Positions 39,381 to 50,100 of a DNA stretch of 64,000 nt are shown one piece after another; the first letter of the stretch is position 1; the number at the start of each line of letters is the position of its first letter. Position numbers and translations under genes: made by a program. Source of the DNA: Scenedesmus sp. PABB004 (lineage: Eukaryota); contig JABVCE010000008.1 in NCBI GenBank assembly GCA_014905635.1, forward strand, positions 434,001 through 498,000, read 5' to 3'. Below the pieces are notes generated by a model that had not been told where the DNA came from, did no database searches, and worked only from the letters and a program-made list of their open reading frames with translations.

Positions 39381-42300
39381 ATCAGCCGCCCCGCCCCGCC
39401 GCCGCGCCCAGCGGTGGGCCAGCGCTCGCGGCGCCGCCGCCGGCCGCAGTGCTGCGCAGCCGCCGACAGGTGGCCTTGTGCCCCGCCCGCCAGTAGGCGA
39501 CCTGGCAGTCCTGTCCGCACACGTGCGCCACGCGGCAGCCCGCACACACGCACGCGCTGCCGCGTGCCAGCAGCGCCTCGCTCAGGCCCGACACGTTGGC
39601 GCAGCGCGGGTTGGAGCACGCGCTGCGCAGCGGCAGCGCGGCGCACACCGCTTCGCCAAATGCCTGCAGCTGCGCCGCAAGCTGCGGGCCCGCCGCCGTC
39701 CGCAGCGCCGCCAGCTGCTGCGCGAGGATGCCGCGCGGCTTTCCGCCCTGGCTGGCGTCCAGCCAGCGCTGCTTGGCCGCCGCCAGCTCCGCGCACACCG
39801 CCGCCTGCTGCTCCAGCAGGCTCTCCAGCACCGGCGGCGGCAGCAGGCGCGCCGCCAGGCCGGCGCGGCCACGCTGGCCAGATGCACCGCTCTCAGCCGC
39901 TGCTGCCGCCGCTGCCGCCGGCGCTGCGCCTGCCTCGGCCAGGTGGGTCAGGCTGGCGCCCAGCCATGCCGCGGCTTCCTGAAAACTTTCCAGGTCGTCC
40001 GCGGCCAGCGTGCAGCCAAAATCCTCCTCTGGCGCTGTGGCGAGGTGCTCCGCCGGCAGCTGCAGCAGCCGTCCAGCTGCGGCGAGAGGGCGCGCCGCCA
40101 GCACCAGCCACGGCGCGAGCTCGTCGTAGCCGCCGCCGCCGCCCGGCGCATCGCCGCTGCCGTACCAGGCCCCGGCGAGCCCCGGTGCAGCTGCTGCAGC
40201 GGCAGCCGCGTCTGCCGCACAAGCCAGCGAGACGCCTGCTGAGCCCGCCTGCTCAACAGCGACCTTGAAGGCACTGAACAGCAGGCTTGCGAGCTGCGGC
40301 GAGGGCAGCGACGAGCCGGTAGCCGCCCCCGCGATCAGCAGTCGCCCTGGAAACAGGTGCAAGCTGACCCCAGCATGCGGCGCCGCCGTGGCGCTGACGC
40401 GGAGTGCCGCCTCCAGGGCTGCCGTGGCGGCTGCCGGGTGCCGCGCCAGCATCTCGCGCTGGCCGAACGCCATACTCGTGCTATGCGCAGCAACAGCAGC
40501 CGCGTTGGCTACAGCGGCGGCTTCGAGGAGGTGAGCGCTGGGGGTACAGTGAGCAGCGCGAGCCGGCCGGCGCAGCGACTGCGCAGGCCTCACCCGCGAG
40601 TGTCGTGACGTTGACCCAGACCGCCGCTGCCTGGTCGCGCACGTGCGCCTGCTCGGACGTGGCGCTGCCCAGGTGCGCCGTGAACGCCCCCGCCGCTGCG
40701 TGCAGCGCATCCTGCAGGCATGCTGCACCGGCGCGTGCCGGCGCCTCGCCCTCCAGTCCCACGCCCCCCTGGCCCTCGAGCGCGCGCAGGAGCGAGGTCA
40801 TGCGCTCCAGGCTCGGCCTCAGCGCCGCCAGCTCAGCGATGGCGGGCAGCCCGAACCACACGCACTTTGTGCCCCAGTCAGAAAGTGAATAAACTACTCG
40901 GATGAAGTGTGGGAGCTCCGGCGGCGACCGCAGGTGGTCAACCATGCTCGCCACGCGCGCCGCGCCCACCAGCTCGGCCGGCGGGGCCCAGCCCACGAGC
41001 CCCAGCGCCTCCAGCAGCCGCGCCGCGTGCGGCGGCGCGCCGGGCCGCCCCTGCTGCGCGTGCTCGCGGTGCGCCGCTGCCGCAACCACAGCAAAGGTGA
41101 GGAACGCCAGGTGCTCGCTGTGGTAGAGCAGCACAAGATCAAGATAGGTGTCGAGCGCAGCACTGAAATCTGGCGAGATGAGGCTGGGAGTGGGGTCGAA
41201 GCGGGTGCGCTGTGCCGCCGCCAGCACCAAACAGACACGCTCGGCGGCCTCCAGCGCTGCTGCCTCCGGCCGGAGCACGCTCCGTGCTGGGGCCTCCAGG
41301 GCGCTGCTGCCGCTGACCCCGGTGCTGCCGCCGGCAGCGGGCGTGGCTGTGCCGTCTGGCGAGGCTACTGCGTGGCTGTGCCGCACCAGGGCCGCCGCAA
41401 GCTCTGCCGCGTGGCGGGCTGAGACAACCAGAGGTGCTCGAGGCCAGTCAGCTGCGTGCAGACCTGCCACCAGGCTCCAGGCAGTCAGCACAGCGGCCGA
41501 GAGCTCGCCAAGCTCGGCGGACGCGCCGCGCTCGCCCGCCGCCGGCCGCTGGGGCGTCAGCGCGGCAGCGAGGTGCGCGCACGACTCGCCCAGCACCGTG
41601 GCCGTGCCTGCGGAAGCAGCGGCGGCAATGGCAGGGGCGGCGCCGAGCGGCGTCAAACTGGCTGTGGAGCAAGCCCCAGCTCGGTCACCGCCGCCGCGCG
41701 CCGCTGCTGCGCCTCAAACGCCGGCAGGTCTCGCGCCTGCGCCCGCGTGCGCAGCAGCTGCCCCGGGTCAGCCACCCACAGGCCGCCACCGCTGCCGGCG
41801 CCCGCCGCGGCCATGCTGGCGAGAGCGCGCCCGCCGGCTGCTCGCGCGCGCCGCTCAGCGAGGCGTGCCGGCACGCCGCCGCAGACCGCCTGCGGCAAGG
41901 TCGTGGCGACCGTGCGGCGTGGTTGGCGCGGGCGACCGCCGGTGAGCGCAGGCGGGCCGCAGCGGCGGGCGCGAGCGCGGAGCAGCGCCGCAGCAGCAGC
42001 GTGCGCACGCTGCTGCGGCCGGGCCGGCGCCGCGGGGGCGCAGCCCTGGCGCCTGGGGCGGCACACGCACGTGCCCCGCCCTCCCACCTGCAAGCCGCCG
42101 GCCCCGCGGACCAGGCGCCGCGCCGGCGCGGGCGGCCCGCCGCCGCCGCTGCGCGGCGCAGCAGGCCTGGCCCCAACTGGCCGCGCCTGCCCGCAGGGGC
42201 GCAGTGTGGAGATCGGACGCCTGCAGGCGTTGCTTGGACGTGCAGGGGCCGGGGCGTGGCCGGCCGGGGCGCGCACGAGCGCGCGGCGCGGTCGCGGAGC

Positions 42301-42491
42301 ACGCGACCGATGCGCCGGTGGCCCTGTTTGTGGATGGCTGCACCAAGCGGGAGCGGCGGACGAGGTTCTGCAGAACCGCTGGCCGTGCCGCAAGCGCGGT
42401 CGCACGGTTTACTTGGCCGCCGCAGAGCGTGCACGAGAGAGCCAGGTCACGCGGCGGCCGCGCGGGGCGGATGCAAGGCTTACATAGACGC
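39381..42491. repeat. Segmental direct repeat, copy 1 (partner 47108-50598)
   Basis: Near-identical from atcagccgcc to ggcttacatagacgc, including intron and upstream non-coding DNA. Confidence 0.95.
39382..41814 (-). pseudogene. MYND-finger protein gene copy 1: intact 3' two-thirds and MYND domain, but a 339-nt deletion near the 5' end gives an early stop (41653) unless rescued by alternative splicing
   Basis: CSNPRC...CAGCRVAHVCGQDCQVAYWRAGHKATC; intron 40509-40593 joins the frames; deletion seen relative to copy 2 (49437-49775). Confidence 0.7.
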
Positions 42492-42778
42492 GCCGCGAGA
42501 TTGAGGATTGAGGATCATTTGTGCCCCCAGCCCAAGAACTCTGGTGAGAGGGAGCCCTCTCTCAAGGACGGGTTTTTTTTGTCAAGCTCTGACAATCATA
42601 TTGACGATCATATTAGCGTGAATAAAATCATGCACACGCGCGCCACGCGGCAGCCCGCGCACACATCACTGCCAGCGCCGCCGTGTGGACGGCAGCCCGC
42701 AGCGCGCCCGCCAGCGCCGCCGGCACGCACCCAAGGCGCGCGCGCCGCGGCGCGCGCGCCGCGGCGCGCCGCGCGCCG

Positions 42779-42814
42779 TGCTCAAGTGCTGCCCGCGCGG
42801 GCAGCACTTGAGCA
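42779..42814. repeat. Perfect 36-bp palindrome
   Basis: tgctcaagtgctgcccgc|gcgggcagcacttgagca is its own reverse complement. Confidence 0.95.
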
Positions 42815-42847
42815 GTCCAGGGTCGCCGATCTTGCGTCGACTGCGTA

Positions 42848-44271
42848 TCAGCAGTCCACGCCCTTGCCCTTCAGCCCGGTCTGCCAGTTGGGGTCCGCGA
42901 CGTCGGCCGGGTAGTTGCAGCAGAACGCCGCCCCTGCGCGCAGCAGCGGCGTGCCGGGCGTGACGCGCGCCGCGCCGCGCCGCGCGCGCGGCCGCGCGCG
43001 CAGCGAGGCGCGCGCGCGACACTGCCCCGCGCGCGCGCGCACGGCTGCGCGCGGAACGCACGCGGCACCCAGGCGGCGGGGTCCTGCAGCAGCGTGGCGT
43101 TGCTGGCGTCGCCCGCGAGGCGGCGGCCGTGAGGCGAGGGCGCGGGGGCGCCGTCGTTCAGAAACAGCACGACCGAGCGGAGCTGCTTGACCGTCTTGGC
43201 CGTCGGCTGGCCGTCGTTGGCGCCGTGGCCGGTGATGGTGCCGTTGCCGTCGGTCACGGCGCTGCTCCACCACAGCTGCGGCGCGGGGCGGTGAGCGGCG
43301 TGGTCTGGGCTTTCGCCAATCACAAACCGGGCGTGGTCTGGGCGTGCCCAACCCTCAAGCGCGCTGAGCCAGGCGTGCAGGGCGCCGCGGCGCCGCGCGC
43401 TGTGTGCCGCGCTGGCCGCACGTAGTTGAGCGGGTCCTGGGTGTCGTTGCTATTGCGCAGGTTGAACAGGCCCGTCTTGCCGCTCGCCACAGCCTTGCAG
43501 GGGTCTGCGGGGCCGCCGGCGCGGCGTGCGTGAGAGGGGCTCGGCAGCGCACGCCAGCGCGCATGCAGCGGCACCCACGCGCGCGCGCGCGCGCGCAGCG
43601 GCGCCTGCTCACGGGTGAACACGGCGCCGGCAAATGAGACGTTGACCAGGGGCGCCCCGCTCGCGCGGGAGGCGAGCTTGACCTGCAGCTGCACGCTGGA
43701 GGAGAGCGCAGAGGTGCAGTTCTTGTACAGATAGCTCTGATGCGCGCGCAGGCAGGGAAGGCGGCGCGGGCGTGGGGCAGCTGCAGCGGCGGCACCGCAA
43801 ACAGGCGCCCGCTGCGGCGCTGCGCACCTGCACGATGCTGCGACCCGTCAGGCGCGCCTTGCCGCCTGCGACCTTGGCGGCGCCCGGGAGGGCGATCCAG
43901 TTGAGGCACTCCTTGATGACCACGTACGGGTAGCCGTTGTCGGCGGGCGTGAGCGGGCCGTGGAAGCCGCCGCTGCGCGGGTGAGCGGGCGGCAGGCGCG
44001 CGGCGGGGTGGGTGCGCGTGGCTGGCGCTGGTAGCCCAGGCGGAATGCGGATGCTGGGGGGGGGGGCGCCCGCGCGTGCCGGAGCGGCGAGCTCGCGTCA
44101 TCCGGCGCGCGCCAGCGGGGCGGTCGTACGCGAATGTACCTCAGGCGGAACGAAAGCATGCTACGCGAGCGCACGCGATCTCTCTCGACGCGCAACTCAC
44201 CCGTGAGCATCGGCGAGCGGCGCGGAGGCGGCCAGCACCAGCAGCGCGGTCAGGGCGGCCGCGATCCCCAT
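42848..44271 (-). CDS. Secreted protein, probable Cu/Zn-SOD-like fold lacking canonical Cu histidines, 6 exons
   Basis: Signal MGIAAALTALLVLAASAPLADA|HG; five GT-AG introns give a continuous frame; motifs FAGAVFTHPC, NYLWWSSAVTDGNG, RSVVLF, AFCC. Gene model is firmer than the fold call. Confidence 0.55.
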
Positions 44272-44587
44272 TGCGGCGGCCTGTTCCCGCGAGGTGTGGA
44301 GTGAGATGGGTCCCGGCGAGGTGCTTATGAATGAGGGTGGGGGTCGGAGACTCTGCCGCTCGCCGCTCCAGCATCCAGCTCCACCTGGCGGCCGCGTACA
44401 TGCGCCCGCAAACTTTTACTGCCGGCCGGCCGGCTGCCCCGAGCGCGCGCGTGCCGCACGCTCCCTGTATGGATGTACTGCGGCTCACAGCATCTCCCGT
44501 GCTCAAGTGCAGGGACGGCCGCGCGCGCAGCGAGCCGCACTGGCTCTGCGCGGCGCACGGCCGCTGCTGCCGCAGGCGGGCCCGATC

Positions 44588-47005
44588 ATGCCGTGCCGGA
44601 GCGCGTCCACGCGTTCCGTGGCCATACCAGTGCTCCTCGCCCTGGCAGTGGTGGGGCAGCGTGCTGCCGGCGACCGCGCACAGCCGGCGCTCGGCGCGGC
44701 GGCCAGCGCCGGCCTGGCCGGCGCCGCGCTGCCGGCGGCCTCTTACGACGCTCGCTCGGTCGACTGGATGGCCCTCGCCGACGCGTGCCTGGAGATCGGT
44801 GCGCGCGCGGGCGGCGGCGGGGCGGCCTGCGCGCCCCCGCCGCGCGGCGCGCGGAGGCAAGGAACGGCCGGCCCGCGCTGCGCAGGCAAGTATGAGCGCC
44901 GCATGGCGGGCTTCATCATCCGCGCCGGCTACCACGACGCGATGAGCATCGACACCGACTGCCTCGCCGGGCAGCCCGCCGACCCCGTGGCCTGCGGCGG
45001 CGCAGACGCGTCAGCGTTGCTCTCGTCCGAGGAGCAGGGACGGGACGAGAGCCGACACCGCTCCTACCTCAAGCGAGCGGCGGCGGCGATTGTGCCGCTC
45101 GCGGCCCGGTACAACGCCAGCGCCGCCAACACGCTCGCGGTGTGCGCGATGGCGCTGCCCGCGGCGGTCGGCGCGCCAAACATGCTGCGCCTCGCGCCGC
45201 TGCGCGTCGGCCGCGCCGACCGCGCGGCCGCCAACCCGGCGGGCCACCTGCTGCCCGGGGAGGCCGATCTGGTGCAGCTGGACGCATACTGGCGCGCGCG
45301 GGGGCTCACGCTGGACGAAGGCGTTGCGCTGCTGGGCGCGCACGCGCTTATGGAGGGGAAGGGATGCACGCGGGCGCGCCGCGGCGGCGGCGCCAGCGGT
45401 CGGCGGCTGCACAACACGTGCGGCCGCGCTGCCAGCCGCGCGGGGAGGGGCCGCGCCGGTGCGCGCGGAGGGCTCTGCGCTCTGCACACTCACAGCCGCC
45501 CGCCGGCCCCCCGGCCGCCGCGGCGCGCATGCAGGTACGACAAGGGCGCCGGCGTGCAACCCGTACGGCCTGGGCGTGGACGACCCCGTGGGCAAGCCCT
45601 TTGTGCCGGGCAGCTGCAGCGCCCCGAGCCTGGCGATGCACCGCCTGGACTCCCAGTTCTACGTTGACCTCATCACACCCGCGGTGGCCATGACCGACGT
45701 CGAGACGGAGACCTCGCTCAAGGCGCGCTGTGCGCGCTGTGCGCGCTGAGCGCGCGCCGCGGACCGGTTGCTCGGGCCGCGGACCCGTGCCCGGGCCGCC
45801 GCCCGCGCCGCGCCGCGCCGCGCCGCGCCGCGCCGCGCGCGAGCAGCCCTCGGGGCGCGGCCGCGGCGCGCGTGCGCGCAGGACTTGGACGCCGCGTCGT
45901 GGCGGGTCAACCTCGCCGACATCACGTGCTCGTTCACGAGCGACCAGTTCCGCAGGGTCGGAATCAAGGAGGCCGAGGACGGTGAGGACGCTCATGAGCG
46001 TCCGCTGATCAGCGGGGTGCGGCGCCCAGGCCGCCAGCCGAGCGGCGGCCTCCGACCTGGCCCTGCCCCGCGCCCGCACCCGCCGGAGCGCAGAGCGCAG
46101 CGGCTCGCTGGATCACTGGCCTGACGCCGGCTGGCTGGTGCACAACACGACGGGGGTCAGCTGGAGCCGCGAGGGCTGCGCCGGCGCGGCGCGCGGCAAG
46201 GCGCGGGCCAACTGCCAGCACATGGAGTACTGGTGAGCGCCGGCCGCACAGCCCGCTCGACCCCTGGCGAGCGCGCCACGCGCCACGCGCCACGCGCTCG
46301 CCCTGCTGCCCGCGCAGGCCCTACACGCGGCTCGATGGCTTCATGGCGATGGCGTGCACCGTGCGTGTGCGCTCGCAGCGGCCCCCGCTGCGCCGCCTGA
46401 TCGCGCAGCGGGCCGGGAGGTCACCCCGCGCCGGTGGCCTCACGCGCACGCCCCCCCCCCCTTGGCCGCAGAACCCCGGTGGCCTGAGCCCCGCCAACCG
46501 CAAGCTCGCGCGCAAGGTGGCGGCGCCGGTCAAGAAGTACGTCGGCAGCGAGCCGGGCTGGTACGCAGACTACGCCGCAGCCTATGCCAAGATGATGAGC
46601 GCCGGTGCGGCGCCGAGGCCTACGTGCACTGCGCTCGGCCCGCGCGCTGCGCGCAGACACACCTGCGCACCTGCGCGCGCGCGCGCGCCGCGCGTGCGCC
46701 GAGCGCTGCGCGCCGAGTGCTGCGCGCCGTCCGCAGTGGCGGACTGGAGCTCGCGGGCGTTCTACCCCACTTTCACAGAGTGCGCCACGTACGTCGAGGC
46801 GGGCACGGGGAGCGCCGGCCCCTGCGCCCGCTGCAAGCGCCCGCCGGCGGAGACGGACGCCGCGAAGGCGGCGGAGCGGCTGAGGCGGCCGCTGGGCGCG
46901 GGCGGCGGCGCGGGCTGCCCCGCGAGCTGCGTCTGCAGCACGGCCTATCGGCCGGGCGATATTGATTTCAAGACCATGTCCTGCGCCAACGTGTGTGTGG
47001 ACTGA
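44588..47005 (+). CDS. Secreted heme peroxidase (peroxidase-catalase superfamily) with Cys-rich C-terminal extension
   Basis: Signal-like VAIPVLLALAVVG; distal IRAGYHDA, GGADAS, VGRAD, proximal VALLGAHAL, LDSQFY, YTRLD, VKKY...WYADYAAAYAKM. Confidence 0.85.
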
Positions 47006-47107
47006 GCGGCGGCGCGGCGCGTTGCAGGCCTGTGTGTGCGTGACACCTCCCCAACCAACCTCACTGCTCAACTCGCTCGGGCGCGCGTCACGTCGCGCAA
47101 CATCATG

Positions 47108-50100
47108 ATCAGCCGCCCCGCCCCACCGCCGCCGTGCCCAGCGGTGGGCCAGCGCTCGCGGCGCCGCCGCCGGCCGCAGTGCTGCGCAGCCGCCGGCAGG
47201 TGGCCTTGTGCCCCGCCCGCCAGTAGGCGACCTGGCAGTCCTGCCCGCACACGCGCGCCACGCGGCAGCCCGCGCACACGCACGCGCGTGCGTGTGGCAG
47301 CGCGCGCGCTGCCGCGCGCCAGCAGCGCCTCGCTCAGGCCCGACACGTTGGCGCAGCGCGGGTTGGAGCACGCGCTGCGCAGCGGCAGCGCGGCGCACAC
47401 CGCTTCGCCAAATGCCTGCAGCTGCGCCGCAAGCTGCGGGCCCGCCGCCGTCCGCAGCGCCGCCAGCTGCTGCGCGAGGATGCCGCGCGGCTTTCCGCCC
47501 TGGCTGGCGTCCAGCCAGCGCTGCTTGGCCGCCGCCAGCTCCGCGCACACCGCCGCCTGCTGCTCCAGCAGGCTCTCCAGCACCGGCGGCGGCAGCAGGC
47601 GCGCCGCCAGGCCGGCGCGGCCACGCTGGCCAGATGCACCGCTCTCAGCCGCTGCTGCCGCCGCTGCCGCCGGCGCTGCGCCTGCCTCGGCCAGGTGGGT
47701 CAGGCTGGCGCCCAGCCATGCCGCGGCTTCCTGAAAACTTTCCAGGTCGTCCGCGGCCAGCGTGCAGCCAAAATCCTCCTCTGGCGCTGTGGCGAGGTGC
47801 TCCGCCGGCAGCTGCAGCAGCCGCCCTGCTGCGGCGAGAGGGCGCGCCGCCAGCACCAGCCACGGCGCGAGCTCGTCATAGCCGCCGCCGCCGCCGCCCG
47901 GCGCATCGCCGCTGCCGTACCAGGCCCCGGCGAGCCCCGGTGCAGCTGCTGCAGCGGCAGCCGCGTCTGCCGCACAAGCCAGCGAGACGCCTGCTGAGCC
48001 CGCCTGCTCAACAGCGACCTTGAAGGCACTGAACAGCAGGCTTGCGAGCTGCGGCGAGGGCAGCGACGAGCCGGTAGCCGCCCCCGCGATCAGCAGTCGC
48101 CCTGGAAACAGGTGCAAGCTGACCCCAGCATGCGGCGCCGCCGTGGCGCTGACGCGGAGTGCCGCCTCCAGGGCTGCCGTGGCGGCTGCCGGGTGCCGCG
48201 CCAGCATCTCGCGCTGGCCGAACGCCATGCTCGTGCTATGCGCAGCAACAGCAGCCGCGTTGGCTACAGCGGCGGCTTCGAGGAGGTGAGCGCTGGGGGT
48301 ACAGTGAGCAGCGCGAGCCGGCCGGCGCAGCGACTGCGCAGGCCTCACCCGCGAGTGTCGTGACGTTGACCCAGACCGCCGCTGCCTGGTCGCGCACGTG
48401 CGCCTGCTCGGACGTGGCGCTGCCCAGGTGCGCCGTGAACGCCCCCGCCGCTGCGTGCAGCGCCTCCTGCAGGCATGCTGCACCGGCGCGCGCCGTCGCC
48501 TCGCCCTCCAGTCCCGCGCCCCCCTGGCCCTCGAGTGCGCGCAGGAGCGGGGTCATCCGCTCCAGGCTGGGCTGCAGCGCCGCCAGCTCAGCGAGGGCGG
48601 GCAGCCCCGACCACACAAAGTCGGGGACCGAGCTGGGGGATGCAAGAGCTACTGGGATGAGGGGTGTGAACTCCGGCGACCGCAGGTGGTGAACCATGCT
48701 TGCCACGCGCGCCCACCAGCTCGGCCGGCGGGGCCCAGCCCGCGAGCCCCAGCGCCTCCAGCAGCCGCGCGGCGTGCGGCGGTGCGCCGGGGCGCCCCTG
48801 CTGCACGTGCTCGCGGTGCGCCGCTGCCGCAACCACAGCAAAGGTGAGGAACGCCAGGTGCTCGCTGTCGAGGAGCATATCAGCTCCAAAATGGGTTTGA
48901 AGCAAAACACCGGCATTCTGAACGATGAAATTGAGGTTCAGGCTGGGGTTGGAGCGGGCACGCTGTGCTGCCGACAGCACCGAACAGACGCGCTAGGTGG
49001 CCTCCAGCGCTGCCGCCGCCAACGACAGCACGCTCTGTGCCGCGGCCTCCAGCGTGTCCAGGCCGCTGCTGCCGCTGGCCCCCATGCTGCTGCCCGCTGC
49101 GGGCGTGGCTGCGCCGTCTGCCGAGGCTGCTGCGTGGCTGTGCCGCACCAGGGCCGCCGCAAGCTCTGCCGCTTGGCGGGCTGAGACAACCAGAGGTGCT
49201 CGAGGCCAGTCAGCTGCGTGCAGACCTGCCACCAGGCTCCAGGCAGTCAGCACAGCGGCCGCGAGCTCGCCAAGCTCGGCGAACACGCCGCGCTCGCCCG
49301 CCGCCGGCCGCTGGGGCGTCAGCGCGGCAGCGAGGTGTGCGCACGACTCGCCCAGCACCTTGGCCGTGCCTGCGGAAGCAGCGGCGACAATGGCAGGGGC
49401 GGCGCCGAGCGGCGTCAAACTGGCTGTGGAGCAAGCAGACGAGCCGCTCAGGCCGGCTGCCCGGCAGCCCCGGGCCCACCTGCATCGGCCAGCCGCCGCT
49501 CCAGCGTGGTCCTGTCAGCAGGCGCCAGCCGCGCACACCGCAGGTGCACACCCGGCACCAGCAGGAGCTCCAGCACCATGCCCGCGGTCACCGGCTGGCT
49601 CTCGCGCCCGCCCGCGCGCTCTGCCAGCAGCAGCGCCAGGCCGTGGGCCGCCGCGGCCACAAACTCCGGCAGCAGCCGCAGCGTGGCTGCCTCGGGCGTG
49701 AAGCCGCCGTCGGCGCGCCCTGCAGCGAGCAGCTCAGGCGCCGCTGCCCCGCCCCACCGCTGGAACGCCGCCAGCCCCAGCTCGGTCACCGCCGCCGCGC
49801 GCCGCTGCTGCGCCTCAAACGCCGCCAGGTCTCGCGCCTGCGCCCGCGTGCGCAGCAGCTGCCCCGGGTCAGCCACCCACAGGCCGCCACCGCTGCCGGC
49901 GCCCGCCGCGGCCATGCTGGCGAGAGCGCGCCCGCCGGCTGCTCGCGCGCGCCGCTCAGCGAGGCGCGACGGCACGCCGCCGCAGACCGCCTGTGGCAAG
50001 GTCGTGGCGACCGTGCAGCGTGGTTGGCGCGTGCGACCGCCGGTGAGCGCAGGCGCGGCGCAGCGGCGGGCGCGAGCGCGGAGCAGCGCCGCCGCAGCAG

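Noticed and set aside
40855..48990. Diversity-generating retroelement (TR/VR) explanation for the hypervariable MYND patches
   Set aside because: Differences are not adenine-specific on either strand, and no reverse transcriptase is present in the window.
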